A stretch of 64,000 nucleotides of DNA from Eubacteriales bacterium (GCA_045588165.1 JAZNDP010000015.1:12214-76213), one strand, 5' to 3'. Counted from the first letter of the stretch, positions 35,661 through 45,753 are shown. The notes: generated by a model from the sequence alone, not told the origin. Translations and numbers: made by a program.

Positions 35661-36524
35661 TTACGCCTTACCGACGGAACCGAACAGCTCCATCTTTTCC
35701 TTTACGGTTGCCTTGATTGCCTCAATACCGGGAGCAAGAACCTTTCTGGGGTCGAAGCCCTTTCCAACCAGATCCTTTCCCTCCTCAATGTACTGACGGG
35801 TTGCCGCCGCAAACGAAAGCTGACATTCCGTGTTCACGTTAATCTTGGCAACGCCCAGAGAAATCGCCTTCTTGATCATATCGGAAGGGATACCGGTTCC
35901 GCCATGGAGAACCAGAGGCATGTCCCCCGTCTTCTGCTGAATGGCATCCAGCGTCTCAAAGGACAGACCTGCCCAGTTTGCGGGATACTTTCCGTGAATG
36001 TTTCCGATACCAGCCGCCAACATGGTGATTCCCAGATCAGCGATCATCTTGCACTCATTGGGATCCGCGCACTCGCCTGCTCCAACAACGCCATCCTCTT
36101 CTCCGCCAATGGAACCTACCTCTGCCTCCAGAGACAGACCCTTTTCGTTACACACAGAAACCAACTCAGTGGTCTTTGCGATATTTTCATCAATGGGATA
36201 ATGGGAACCATCAAACATAACGGAGGAGAATCCCGCTTCAATGCACTTGTAGCACGCCTCATAAGAGCCGTGATCCAGATGAAGCGCCACAGGAACCGTG
36301 ATCTTCAGCTCCTCCAGCATACCGTTTACCATTCCAACAATGGTCTTGTAGCCGGCCATGTATTTTCCCGCGCCCTCAGAAACACCGAGAATAACGGGAG
36401 AATTCATCTCCTGAGCGGTAAGCAGAATCGCCTTTGTCCACTCCAGATTGTTGATGTTGAATTGACCGACGGCATATTTGCCGGCCTTTGCTTTGGTAAG
36501 CATTTCTTTGGTTGAAACAAGCAT
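35661..36524 (-). CDS. fba: Fructose-1,6-bisphosphate aldolase, class II
   Basis: About 287 aa. Has the class II (metal-dependent) motifs LHLDHG, VMFDGS and LVLHGGTGIP. ATG 36524 with an AAAGGAG RBS. Confidence 0.93.
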   Translation of the reverse strand: MLVSTKEMLTKAKAGKYAVGQFNINNLEWTKAILLTAQEMNSPVILGVSEGAGKYMAGYKTIVGMVNGMLEELKITVPVALHLDHGSYEACYKCIEAGFSSVMFDGSHYPIDENIAKTTELVSVCNEKGLSLEAEVGSIGGEEDGVVGAGECADPNECKMIADLGITMLAAGIGNIHGKYPANWAGLSFETLDAIQQKTGDMPLVLHGGTGIPSDMIKKAISLGVAKINVNTECQLSFAAATRQYIEEGKDLVGKGFDPRKVLAPGIEAIKATVKEKMELFGSVGKA

Positions 36525-36562
36525 AGTAAAATCTCCTTTACATACATTTTTATCCATAAAGT

Positions 36563-36591
36563 ATTATACACCATTCGTCAAGAAAAATCAA
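36563..36591 (-). promoter_or_regulatory. Putative sigma-A promoter of fba
   Basis: On the minus strand, TTGATT - 17 nt - TATAAT, about 40 nt upstream of ATG 36524. Confidence 0.5.
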
Positions 36592-36707
36592 GGCTTGATA
36601 AAAATATTTTCCTTTATTTTTGAAAAAATCATTGATATTGAGGCGCAACAATGATATACTTAATGTAAGAGATTAAAAATATTATTTTATATATTCGGAG
36701 GTTGCCC

Positions 36708-36956
36708 ATGAATTTCAATACCGAACAGAATAAGGAGCGCTTAAGCGAGTCTCAAATGAAGGAAGCGCTTCAACAAATATATGAGGCACTTTGCGAGAAG
36801 GGCTATGACCCCGCAAGACAGATCGCAGGATATATTTTGTCGGAGGACCCCGTTTATATTACCGATTGGAAAAACGCCAGGGGCTTGATCGGACACATTG
36901 ATCGGGATGATCTGCTTTTGGCACTGATACGAAATTATTTGGAATCCGAAACGTAA
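36708..36956 (+). CDS. ireB: IreB-family regulatory phosphoprotein (UPF0297)
   Basis: About 82 aa. Motifs YEAL.EKGYDP..QIAGYILSEDP.YIT and ARGLI match the UPF0297/IreB family. ATG 36708 lies 6 nt after GGAGG. Confidence 0.8.
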   Translation: MNFNTEQNKERLSESQMKEALQQIYEALCEKGYDPARQIAGYILSEDPVYITDWKNARGLIGHIDRDDLLLALIRNYLESET

Positions 36957-36978
36957 AAATTGGCAGGAGGTGATTCTC

Positions 36979-38328
36979 ATGAGAAAAACAACGGGTTTGA
37001 TCAGGGGGATCACCCTCATTTTTTCCATTGTACTGCTATGGAGTTCCCTGTTTAGTCTCCCCGCCTCCGCCTCGCTCTCCCTCCCAACCGTTTCGGGCGT
37101 TTCCGCCGCATATCTGTATAATTACGACAGCGACCGCGTCTTGCTTCAGCAAAATCCGAAAATTCCGATCCCTCCCGCCTCTACCGTAAAAATCATGACC
37201 GGTCTTTTGGCACTCCAAAAGCTAGAGCATCGCCAAGATGAGCTCGTTACGGTCACGGCGGACATGCTGACAGGCATACAAGGGTATACAATCAACCTAA
37301 AAGCCGACACAACCCTGAAGATCCGTGATCTTCTGTACGGTGTGATTTGCGGAGGGGGAAACGATGCAGCAAACGTATTGGCGATCCTTTCCTGCGACAG
37401 TGTAGAAGCATTTGTGGAGGAAATGAATCGCTATGCCCGTGCCATTGGTTGTACCCAAACCCACTATACTAACCCAACGGGCATTGACGATGCAAATATG
37501 GTTACCACGTTGGAGGATATTGTAATCATCGCAAAAAAAGCCGCGGAGCATCCCACCTTTCTGGAAATGAGCTCGGCTGTCAATTATGCCTATACCCCCG
37601 TTGGCGCCAACGACTCCGTGGTCTTTTATAATCGAAATGCTCAAATCAGTACCTTCTCCGGGGCGGGATATCAGAATCGTCACGTAAAAGGGCTGAATGC
37701 GGGTATGACGGACAGAGGTGGGTACTGTGTCGTAAGCTATGCGACAAACGGAGAGGAACGATATCTCTGTATCATCATGGGCGCCTCGGAAACCCCTGTC
37801 GGGATCATGTCCTATTATCATTCCAATCACTTACTGAATTATCTGTTTCAAAAATACTCCTATCTTCCAATCGCACAGAAGAACGATGAAATTTGCTCCG
37901 TGCCTGTTCAGTACGCGCTGCCTCAAAATGGCGAAAAAGAGGTCTCTGTTCCTTGTGTTCTGACGAAGGATTTATATGGATTTATTCCTGCGGATACCGA
38001 TCTGAAGGAGGGACTTGACTATCGGGTCTATTTTTACGAGAATCCCCTCACAGCGCCTGTAGAATCGGGAACCGTAATCGGAGGCGTTGACATTTACTTA
38101 GGAGATGACTTCATTTCCGGATGTCCCATTGCCGCGGCAAAAAACATTGATTCCAGTTCCCTTCTCGTTTCCCTAGCCAAAATGAAATCCAATATTCTTT
38201 CCCGCAGAAGTCTTATTATTCTTCTGTTTTTGATCCCCATGCTTTGTCTCTATCTTTACATGTCAGGACAGCGGCATCGACGCAAGAGCATCAAAACGAT
38301 TTCGGATATTCAAAGGCTCCAAAAATAA
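36979..38328 (+). CDS. D-alanyl-D-alanine carboxypeptidase (peptidase S11, DacB-like)
   Basis: Signal peptide, SxxK (ASTVKIMT), SGN-like GGGNDAA, a KTG-like region and a C-terminal membrane anchor. ATG 36979 follows AGGAGG. Confidence 0.85.
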   Translation: MRKTTGLIRGITLIFSIVLLWSSLFSLPASASLSLPTVSGVSAAYLYNYDSDRVLLQQNPKIPIPPASTVKIMTGLLALQKLEHRQDELVTVTADMLTGIQGYTINLKADTTLKIRDLLYGVICGGGNDAANVLAILSCDSVEAFVEEMNRYARAIGCTQTHYTNPTGIDDANMVTTLEDIVIIAKKAAEHPTFLEMSSAVNYAYTPVGANDSVVFYNRNAQISTFSGAGYQNRHVKGLNAGMTDRGGYCVVSYATNGEERYLCIIMGASETPVGIMSYYHSNHLLNYLFQKYSYLPIAQKNDEICSVPVQYALPQNGEKEVSVPCVLTKDLYGFIPADTDLKEGLDYRVYFYENPLTAPVESGTVIGGVDIYLGDDFISGCPIAAAKNIDSSSLLVSLAKMKSNILSRRSLIILLFLIPMLCLYLYMSGQRHRRKSIKTISDIQRLQK

Positions 38329-38362
38329 AAGACGAAGCGCGCGGCTTCGTCTTTTATTGATT

Positions 38363-38941
38363 TTACTTTCGTTGCGCGGATCGCTTGTTGAAAAACTGTG
38401 CCAGAATTCTGAAATTTTTGAAGCCGGCGAAATAAGCAATCCAAGAGGTTGCAAGTGCGGGAATAACCAAAAGATAGAATGTCCACCAATAGTGCCACAG
38501 GTGAAGCCCTCCCGGAACCGAAATCTCCAACGCTAAGCCGCAGTACATTCCTTCCAAGAACATGGCAATCGTCATCACAACGCTTGCGATACTACCCGCA
38601 ATCTTAACCGTTCCCATGGTGGAATACACACAAGAATAGATCAGAGCGATCAGAAGGTTCGGAATATTGGCGATCAAAGAGAGCAAAAGTCCGGTATGGG
38701 GTCTGTATGGCTTCTTGCCAACGTCTACTGAAATTCTGTCTTTTGCGCCGATTTCCCAGGTCATCGTATAAATTAAAAACAAATAAAAAGCAATCGCAAA
38801 TACGCTTACAACCATAGAAAGGATCCGATTTTCAGCGGCGCTTGTTGCCAAGGAAAGAACGCTTCCGAAAATAGAAATCGCAAACTGGTTGATAAACATT
38901 TTGATCATGCTGTATGAATACTGACTAAAAAAGCCTTTCAT
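38363..38941 (-). CDS. Hypothetical integral membrane protein
   Basis: 192 aa with about 5 hydrophobic segments. No recognisable motif. Confidence 0.45.
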   Translation of the reverse strand: MKGFFSQYSYSMIKMFINQFAISIFGSVLSLATSAAENRILSMVVSVFAIAFYLFLIYTMTWEIGAKDRISVDVGKKPYRPHTGLLLSLIANIPNLLIALIYSCVYSTMGTVKIAGSIASVVMTIAMFLEGMYCGLALEISVPGGLHLWHYWWTFYLLVIPALATSWIAYFAGFKNFRILAQFFNKRSAQRK

Positions 38942-39096
38942 ATCGATCCTCCCATTGAAAAGATACCTGCTATCTTGGTTATTATAGATGATTTTTCAAC
39001 ATTTTGCAAGACATTCGGCAAAAAATTTACACTTTATCCACTAAATTATCACCGAATGTTATATAATATAGGTAGATACTTTCACGGAGGTTCAAA

Positions 39097-40107
39097 ATGG
39101 TCTACAGTGTTCCCCTTGAAACCCTGCCGACTCTGGTACGGGAATACGCGTCCTATAAAGCAGTCATTCAAAACTCGTCCGAAAAAACAATTTCGGAATA
39201 TTTGCTGGATCTACGTACCTTTTTTCGCTTTTTATTGGCTCGTGAGAAAAAGATTCAACCGAACACGGAGGAATTCGAGGCGATCGATATCAGCGGAATT
39301 GATCTGAATTACATCAAAAACATTACAACCGAAGATATCTATGAATTCCTGATGTATGCGGACAGCGTTCGCGGAAATATGGCGGCGGCAAAATCCAGAA
39401 AGCTTTCCGCAATCAAGGGATTCTTTAAATACTTAACGGTAAAGCGTATGATGCTGGAGGAAAATCCTGCCGCGAATATCGAGTCTCCCAAGAGAGCGCA
39501 ATCCCTTCCCAAATTCTTGTCCTTGGAGGAAAGTCTTTCTCTGTTGGATGCCGTGCGAAACGATACGGAATCTCCATCCAGAGTGCGTGATTTTGCAATT
39601 ATTACTCTTTTTCTCAACTGCGGCATGCGAGTTTCCGAGCTTGTGGGAGTTGATCTGAACGACGTTGACCGACAACTTCGCTCCATGAGTGTTACGGGAA
39701 AAGGAAACAAACAGCGAATCATTTATTTGAATGAAGCTTGTCGGGATGCCCTTTCCGATTATATGAATGAACGGTTGAGTGAAAAATACGTAAAAGTGAA
39801 CTCCCCTGCCCTTTTTTTGAGCAAGCGTCAGCAACGAATCAGCGTAAAAACCGTTCAATGGTTGGTGTATAAATATCTGGATCTTGCGGGCTTGGAATCC
39901 AGGCACTACTCCGTCCATAAGCTTCGCCACACCGCCGCCACCCTGATGTATCAATCGGGCAACGTGGATGTTCGTGTGCTAAAGGATATCCTTGGACACG
40001 AGCAATTGAACACCACCCAGATCTATACCCATGTCAGCAACCGCAGTATGCAGGAGGCAATGGAGCATAACCCCCTCGCCACACAAGAGGGATTGTCCGA
40101 CGAATAA
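39097..40107 (+). CDS. Tyrosine recombinase, XerC/XerD-like
   Basis: 336 aa. N-terminal SAM-like domain. Catalytic residues are in place: R (GMRVSEL), HKLRH, LGHEQLNTTQIYTHV (H...Y). Confidence 0.85.
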   Translation: MVYSVPLETLPTLVREYASYKAVIQNSSEKTISEYLLDLRTFFRFLLAREKKIQPNTEEFEAIDISGIDLNYIKNITTEDIYEFLMYADSVRGNMAAAKSRKLSAIKGFFKYLTVKRMMLEENPAANIESPKRAQSLPKFLSLEESLSLLDAVRNDTESPSRVRDFAIITLFLNCGMRVSELVGVDLNDVDRQLRSMSVTGKGNKQRIIYLNEACRDALSDYMNERLSEKYVKVNSPALFLSKRQQRISVKTVQWLVYKYLDLAGLESRHYSVHKLRHTAATLMYQSGNVDVRVLKDILGHEQLNTTQIYTHVSNRSMQEAMEHNPLATQEGLSDE

Positions 40108-40114
40108 GGTAACC

Positions 40115-40148
40115 AAAAAGGAAGGAACCCATGGCTCCTTCCTTTTTT
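40115..40148. terminator. Bidirectional hairpin between convergent genes
   Basis: AAAAAGGAAGGA / TCCTTCCTTTTT 12-bp stem plus inner pairs, with A/T runs on both sides. Confidence 0.65.
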
Positions 40149-40154
40149 ACTCAG

Positions 40155-41633
40155 TTAAAGAATAATACAAATCAGTCCGCCGCTGCCCTCGTTGATGATT
40201 CGCTCCAGAGTTTCGGAAAGCTTTGTTCTGGATTCCTCCGGCATGTGCTCAAGCTTCGTGTGCAAGCCTTCGTTGACAAGCTCATAAAGGCTCTTTCCGA
40301 ACACGTTGGATTCCCAGATCTTGCCCGGCTCCTTCTCAAATTCCCGAAGCATATAGTGCACAAGCTCCTGAGATTGCTGTTCTGTTCCTACAATGGGGTT
40401 AATCTCGGTTTCGATATTGGCTCGAATCAGATGAATCGACTGTGCCGAAGCGCAAAGACGAACACCGTATCCGCCCGATTGCTTGACGATCTCGGGCTCC
40501 TCCAGATGCAGCTCCTCAATGCGTGGCATGACGATACCATACCCTTTTTCCTCTGCCATAGCGAGAGCTTCCGCAACGCGGTCGTATTGCGCCTTGGCGA
40601 CGGAAAGATCCTTCAGGAGATCAATCAGCGCGTTTTCATCGGGAATTTCAAATCCCGTCAGCTCACTGATCACCGAGTAATAAAGCGCGTCGTCAAAGGA
40701 AACACGGATTTTGGCTTTTCCCGTTCCAAGATCAATATCCTCAATGGCGCTGTCCTGTACGTATTCATTATCGGATAGCCGTTGGAATGCCTTCTTGATA
40801 TCTCCCGTTTTATGAACCTGATCGGCACAGGAGCAGATCGACGACCGCAAGGACGCCTTGATTGGATGATCCTGATCCAACGCACTCATCCAACCGGGTG
40901 TTTCCACACAGATCTCCGATACGGGAAATTCATGCAACACAAGCTCCAGAATGTGCCGGATATCCTCCGCGTTCAAGTCAATACAGCTAACAAGCGCTAC
41001 AGGCACACCGTATTTTTCTTCCAGCTCATAAGCAAGAGCTACTGCCGATTCCGCTGAGGGATCCGCGGAGTTTAATACCATAGCAAAAGGCTTTCCGATT
41101 TCCTTCAGCTCACCGACGATCCGCTCCTCTGCCTCAACATAGCTCTCTCGCGAGATCTCTCCGATACTGCCATCCGAGGTGATCAGCATACCGATGGTAG
41201 AGTGTTCCTTGATAACCTTTTCCGTCCCCATCTCTGCCGCTTCCACAAAGGGCATCGGCTCCTCCTGCCATGGCGTATGGACCATTCTGGGCTGACCGTT
41301 TTCAATGGTTCCAAGCGCCTCGGAGACAATATACCCCACGCAATCAATCATTTTGACACGAAGGGAGGCGCAATCATCGAGACGAATGGTGACCGCCTCA
41401 TCGGGAACGAATTTCGGCTCGGTGGTCATGACCGTCTTTCCCGCCGCCGACTGGGGCATTTCGTCTCTTGCCCGATCTCTGGAATACCCATCCTCCATAT
41501 TCGGCAGAACAAGAGACTCCATAAAGCGTTTGATAAAGGTTGACTTTCCTGTTCGAACCGGCCCTACCACGCCAATGTAAATATCGCCCCCGGTTCGCAC
41601 GGCAATATCCTGATAAATTGAATGCTCTGCCAT
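40155..41633 (-). CDS. spoIVA: Stage IV sporulation protein A (spore coat morphogenetic ATPase)
   Basis: 492 aa. The N-terminus IYQDIAVRTGGDIYIGVVGPVRTGKSTFIKRFM (Walker A) and the overall length are typical of SpoIVA. Confidence 0.95.
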   Translation of the reverse strand: MAEHSIYQDIAVRTGGDIYIGVVGPVRTGKSTFIKRFMESLVLPNMEDGYSRDRARDEMPQSAAGKTVMTTEPKFVPDEAVTIRLDDCASLRVKMIDCVGYIVSEALGTIENGQPRMVHTPWQEEPMPFVEAAEMGTEKVIKEHSTIGMLITSDGSIGEISRESYVEAEERIVGELKEIGKPFAMVLNSADPSAESAVALAYELEEKYGVPVALVSCIDLNAEDIRHILELVLHEFPVSEICVETPGWMSALDQDHPIKASLRSSICSCADQVHKTGDIKKAFQRLSDNEYVQDSAIEDIDLGTGKAKIRVSFDDALYYSVISELTGFEIPDENALIDLLKDLSVAKAQYDRVAEALAMAEEKGYGIVMPRIEELHLEEPEIVKQSGGYGVRLCASAQSIHLIRANIETEINPIVGTEQQSQELVHYMLREFEKEPGKIWESNVFGKSLYELVNEGLHTKLEHMPEESRTKLSETLERIINEGSGGLICIIL

Positions 41634-41718
41634 AATAAATTAATCCTCCCGATCAATGTTTCAGTAAACTATATGGGAGGATTGTTTATTTTAGAACTAT
41701 TTTGTTTTGGAGCTGTCG

Positions 41719-42225
41719 TTACAGCGATCTTGGCAGAATTTTATAGATCTCGTCAATTGCCGCTTGGGGCAAAAGGGTATGAAGATCCTCGCCCGCCAGA
41801 ATTTTTGCACGAACAACAGTTGAACTGACCTCTGCCAGCTCCTCATTGGATTTTAATAAAACAGTCTCTGCTTCGGGATTGTGCTCACGATTGAATTTTG
41901 CCATGGATTCCTCGTATGCCAGATCCTTCTCATTTCGGTATCCCTTCACGATGGCACACGCGCCAAGCTCCTTGGCAAGACTCCACAGCATTCCGTCAGA
42001 GGTAATTACACAGACGTTATCAAGACCGCTAACAGCCGCCTCTGCGATTTGTTTTCTCTGCTCCATGGTGAACATATATTGCTTTTGGGAATTGATCATC
42101 ACGGCAAGATAAACGGTATCATAGTCCTCCGCCGCGCGCCGTACCAGATCCAGATGTCCCACGGTTATAGGGTCAAAGCTTCCGGGAACGATGGCAATTC
42201 GCGCCTTTTCTTTTTTCATCAGCAT
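41719..42225 (-). CDS. coaD: Phosphopantetheine adenylyltransferase
   Basis: 168 aa. GSFDPITVGH nucleotidyltransferase motif and a C-terminal SSTVVR motif. Confidence 0.93.
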   Translation of the reverse strand: MLMKKEKARIAIVPGSFDPITVGHLDLVRRAAEDYDTVYLAVMINSQKQYMFTMEQRKQIAEAAVSGLDNVCVITSDGMLWSLAKELGACAIVKGYRNEKDLAYEESMAKFNREHNPEAETVLLKSNEELAEVSSTVVRAKILAGEDLHTLLPQAAIDEIYKILPRSL

Positions 42226-42794
42226 TCAGACTCCTTCCCCGTAGGCTCCAAAATAGTAATCACGGTTTTGCTGTATTTGGAAATTCTTTTTGCGCAATAG
42301 ACAGAAGCCAAGGAGGTGTATTGAGAAAGCAGATTTTCCATATCCCCCTCGCAAACGATGATCGTGGTAGGCTTGAGCATGTCGTATTCCTTCAGCGCCT
42401 CCAGAACCGGTTGATACAATCCCGACGCATAGGGAGGATCCAAAAAAACAATATCAAATTTCCGCCCCCGATTGCGACGGATATAGTCCATACAATCGGA
42501 CAGACGTACCGAGCAATCGGTGGTCAGCTTGGTTTTGGTGACATTCTCCTCAATCACTCGTACAGCATCCTTGGAACGATCCACCAAAACGGCGTGTCGG
42601 GCACCGCGGCTCACCGCCTCCAAGCCCATTTGTCCCGATCCCGCAAACAGATCTAATACTTCCCTTCCTTCCAGATCAAACTGGATCATGGAAAAAACGG
42701 CTTCCTTGACTCGCTCCGCGGTAGGTCTGGTAGCATCTCCCTCCAAGGTTTTCAGACGGATTCCTTTTGCCCGTCCTGTAATAATTCTCATCAT
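42219..42794 (-). CDS. rsmD: 16S rRNA (guanine966-N2)-methyltransferase
   Basis: 191 aa. Motifs MRIITGRAKG, TRPT..RVKEA.F, DLFAGSG and DPPY. Confidence 0.9.
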   Translation of the reverse strand: MMRIITGRAKGIRLKTLEGDATRPTAERVKEAVFSMIQFDLEGREVLDLFAGSGQMGLEAVSRGARHAVLVDRSKDAVRVIEENVTKTKLTTDCSVRLSDCMDYIRRNRGRKFDIVFLDPPYASGLYQPVLEALKEYDMLKPTTIIVCEGDMENLLSQYTSLASVYCAKRISKYSKTVITILEPTGKESEC

Positions 42795-42806
42795 ACTATT
42801 CTTTCC

Positions 42807-44657
42807 TCAATTTGTTTGTTTCTCATGAAAATAACGGTAAACGGTAACAGCGTCCGTCCGACTGATTCCGCTGACCGCGGAAAGCTCCTCCGCCGTTGCG
42901 TTTTTAATTGCCGAAAGGGTGCCCATGGCATCCAACAGCTTCTTTGCTTTGGCAGGACCGATTCCATCGATCTTTTCCAGACTGGAATGCTTTAAGGTTT
43001 TTTGCTTTGCCTTGGTTGTAATCCCAACGGTAAAGCGGTGAACCTCCTCCTGTATTTTATAGATCAACATAAAAGTAGATTTTTCACGGGCAATATTGAT
43101 CTCGTCATGCTCGGTACACAAGGCTCTCGTTTTATGGAACTCGTCCTTAACCATACCGAAAACGGGAATGGAAACATCTTCATCCTTCAGAATTTCTTTT
43201 ACAGCGGACACATGCCCTCTTCCCCCGTCTACCAAAATCAGATCGGGGTATTCGGAAAAGGATCCCTTCTGATCCTCTTTCAGATGACGGATTCGCCTCT
43301 GAAGTGCCTCCCGCATAGAAGAATAATCGTCCGCTTGTCCCACAACGGATCGAATCCGAAAGCTTCTGTAATCGGTTTTCTTGGGTTTTCCGTTCTCAAA
43401 AACCACCATACCCGCGGTGATATTTTCACTTCCGATATTGGAAATGTCGTACGCCTCGATTCGCATCGGCAAACACTCCAGTCGCAGGAGTTGTGCCAAT
43501 CGAAACAAAACAGACTCGTCCTTCTGGGCATCCAGCTTGCTCTGTCTCGCCTTTTCTTCGGCGTTCTTTGTGGCAGTTTGGCAGATTTCCTTGACAGCTC
43601 CCCGTTCGGGATGGCGAATCTCCACCTTGTGTCCCGTTCGACGGCTAAAATACTCCTCCAAGGAAACACGATCTTCCTCATCCAATTCAAAGGAGGTGAT
43701 AATCTGTTTGGGGATATATTCGCTCAACTGATAATGCTCCATCAAAAACGCGCCCAGAGACGCGCCGTCAGTAATGGCATCTGACCCGAGCAAAAAATCC
43801 GATTTATCCGCAACAACACCGTCTCGGACTTGTATAAATGAGATGCACCCAAAGGCGTCCTCCGCATACAAACCGAATACGTCCATGTTGACATCGGGAG
43901 ACGCTACCACGTGTTGCTTCTGATTTAACTGCTTTAATGCCTTGATCGTATCTCTGCATCCCGCGGCAGCCTCGTAGTTTTCCGCCTCGGCATAAGCATA
44001 CATCTGTTGCTCCAGCTTGGCAACGGCGCTTCCGGTATGTCCCTTCAGAATATCCATCGCGCAACGAATCAAATCCTCGTACTCCTCTCGGGACACCTTC
44101 CCCGTACACAACCCGCAGCATTGCCGCATCTGGTAGTAGATGCATGGGCGTTCTTTTCCGATATCCTTGGGAAAGGAGCGCTTACAATTGGGAATACCGA
44201 GGGATTTATGAAGAATATTCAAAATAGAATAGGCTGTTGCCGTTCCGGAAAAGGGACCGAAATATTTCCCCTTATCCGACGCTCTTGTGCGGGTAAAAAT
44301 GATTCTTGGATACTCACCCTGTGTAATTTTAATATAAGGATAGGTTTTGGCATCCTTGAGCTTGATATTGTATTTTGGCGCGTATTGCTTGATCAAGGCA
44401 TTTTCAAGAGTCAGCGCCTCGATCTCGGTCTTGCAGAGAATATAATCGAAATTCTCAGCCGTAGAAACCATTTGCGCCGTTTTTACGTTTTTCTTGCTGT
44501 TTTGAAAATATTGAGAAACACGGTTTTTCAGCTTTCTTGATTTTCCAACGTAGATCACCTTATCATGCCCATCACGCATGATATAGATGCCCGGAGAGGC
44601 AGGCAAGGAATTTGCCTTTTGAAGCAGCTCTTCGGTTCTCTTGACAGACTTTGGCAT
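42807..44657 (-). CDS. uvrC: Excinuclease ABC subunit C
   Basis: 616 aa. N-terminal GIY-YIG (PGIYIMRD...VIYVGKS), UVR domain, RNase H-like endonuclease domain and C-terminal (HhH)2. Confidence 0.95.
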   Translation of the reverse strand: MPKSVKRTEELLQKANSLPASPGIYIMRDGHDKVIYVGKSRKLKNRVSQYFQNSKKNVKTAQMVSTAENFDYILCKTEIEALTLENALIKQYAPKYNIKLKDAKTYPYIKITQGEYPRIIFTRTRASDKGKYFGPFSGTATAYSILNILHKSLGIPNCKRSFPKDIGKERPCIYYQMRQCCGLCTGKVSREEYEDLIRCAMDILKGHTGSAVAKLEQQMYAYAEAENYEAAAGCRDTIKALKQLNQKQHVVASPDVNMDVFGLYAEDAFGCISFIQVRDGVVADKSDFLLGSDAITDGASLGAFLMEHYQLSEYIPKQIITSFELDEEDRVSLEEYFSRRTGHKVEIRHPERGAVKEICQTATKNAEEKARQSKLDAQKDESVLFRLAQLLRLECLPMRIEAYDISNIGSENITAGMVVFENGKPKKTDYRSFRIRSVVGQADDYSSMREALQRRIRHLKEDQKGSFSEYPDLILVDGGRGHVSAVKEILKDEDVSIPVFGMVKDEFHKTRALCTEHDEINIAREKSTFMLIYKIQEEVHRFTVGITTKAKQKTLKHSSLEKIDGIGPAKAKKLLDAMGTLSAIKNATAEELSAVSGISRTDAVTVYRYFHEKQTN

Positions 44658-44716
44658 CTTCTTGCCTCCCTTCTAAAAAACATAAAAGGGCTGTGGAAAC
44701 ACAGCCCGTATGTCGA

Positions 44717-44980
44717 TTATTCAGCAAATCCGGTTTGTACCAGGGCAATCAAGCCGTCAATTGCCAACGATTCATCCTGTCCCTCCGCAATCAGGGTTAC
44801 AGTCATTCCCTTCGCAATTCCCAAAGAAAGAACACCTAACAGGCTCTTTGCATTTACCTTCCGATCGTCCTTTTCTACCCAAATAGAACTCTTATAGGAA
44901 TTCGCCTTTTGAATGAAAAAGGTCGCAGGTCTTGCGTGCAATCCGATATTATTCGTGATTGTGACTTCTTTTCTTACCAT
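44717..44980 (-). CDS. ptsH: Phosphocarrier protein HPr
   Basis: 87 aa. Active-site GLHARPA (His15) and regulatory NAKSLLGVLSLG (Ser46). Confidence 0.9.
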   Translation of the reverse strand: MVRKEVTITNNIGLHARPATFFIQKANSYKSSIWVEKDDRKVNAKSLLGVLSLGIAKGMTVTLIAEGQDESLAIDGLIALVQTGFAE

Positions 44981-45189
44981 ATATATTAGCTCCTGTTCCT
45001 CAAAATAGAATATAAAAAGCGTAACTATATTCCATAAAATAATACTCTACATACAATAGTATATCAAAAATGCGACGCAAAATCAAGTAGGAAATGCTGG
45101 TGATATTGTATAAACTTTTGCTTGTCAAAAAAGATATTCTGTTTCATTTTGTACACAAGATGGCAAAAACCATACAGAAATCGACTTTT

Positions 45190-45753
45190 TTATTGTTCTT
45201 CCGGCACGATATCCTCGATCAAAATCACTACCGTTACCCGTTCTGTTTGTACAGACACAGTCTGCCCTGCGGATAAATATCGAGATCCGTTCACCAAAAA
45301 GCCGCCATCTTCCGTATAACTTCCAAGACAACGCATTCTTCCGTTGGCATCCACGCGGGATTCATTATTGGGATACTGAACCTCCTCAACCAAGCCATCC
45401 TCCGTCACAAACTGTTTGGTGGCAGGCTGGTACGACAGCGCGCGGTTTTGTCCTTCTGAAGCGCCAATCAGGGTTCCCATCTCTTTCCCATCATCGGAAA
45501 AATAAACCACGTCATCCACGGAAAAATAATACTCGGGAGTAGTATAGCGAACATCCTTGATGGAAAAGGACACAATGTAATTGGATTGATTACGGGAACC
45601 CGTAAAAATATCCAAATGGTTATAGCGCAAATATACGCCGATTACTGCCGCAAGAATCAAAAGAATAATAAATGCATCCAGCGCGCGAAAGCGGGGACCT
45701 GATTTGATTTTCTTTTCCTTTTTCTCTTTTTGCTTTTTCATATCTTTCCTCAC
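45190..45753 (-). CDS. DUF4330-like membrane-anchored protein (paralogue 1)
   Basis: 187 aa. Basic N-terminus, FRALDAFIILLILAAVIGVY anchor and a beta-rich ectodomain. Layout matches the neighbouring paralogue. Confidence 0.5.
   Translation of the reverse strand: MRKDMKKQKEKKEKKIKSGPRFRALDAFIILLILAAVIGVYLRYNHLDIFTGSRNQSNYIVSFSIKDVRYTTPEYYFSVDDVVYFSDDGKEMGTLIGASEGQNRALSYQPATKQFVTEDGLVEEVQYPNNESRVDANGRMRCLGSYTEDGGFLVNGSRYLSAGQTVSVQTERVTVVILIEDIVPEEQ

Noticed and set aside
39097-40107. Tyrosine recombinase as a marker of an integrated mobile element or prophage.
   Set aside because: There are no neighbouring phage, transposase, excisionase or conjugation genes and no flanking direct repeats that I could see. 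The flanks are housekeeping and sporulation genes, so a chromosomal XerC/XerD-type recombinase is the simpler reading.
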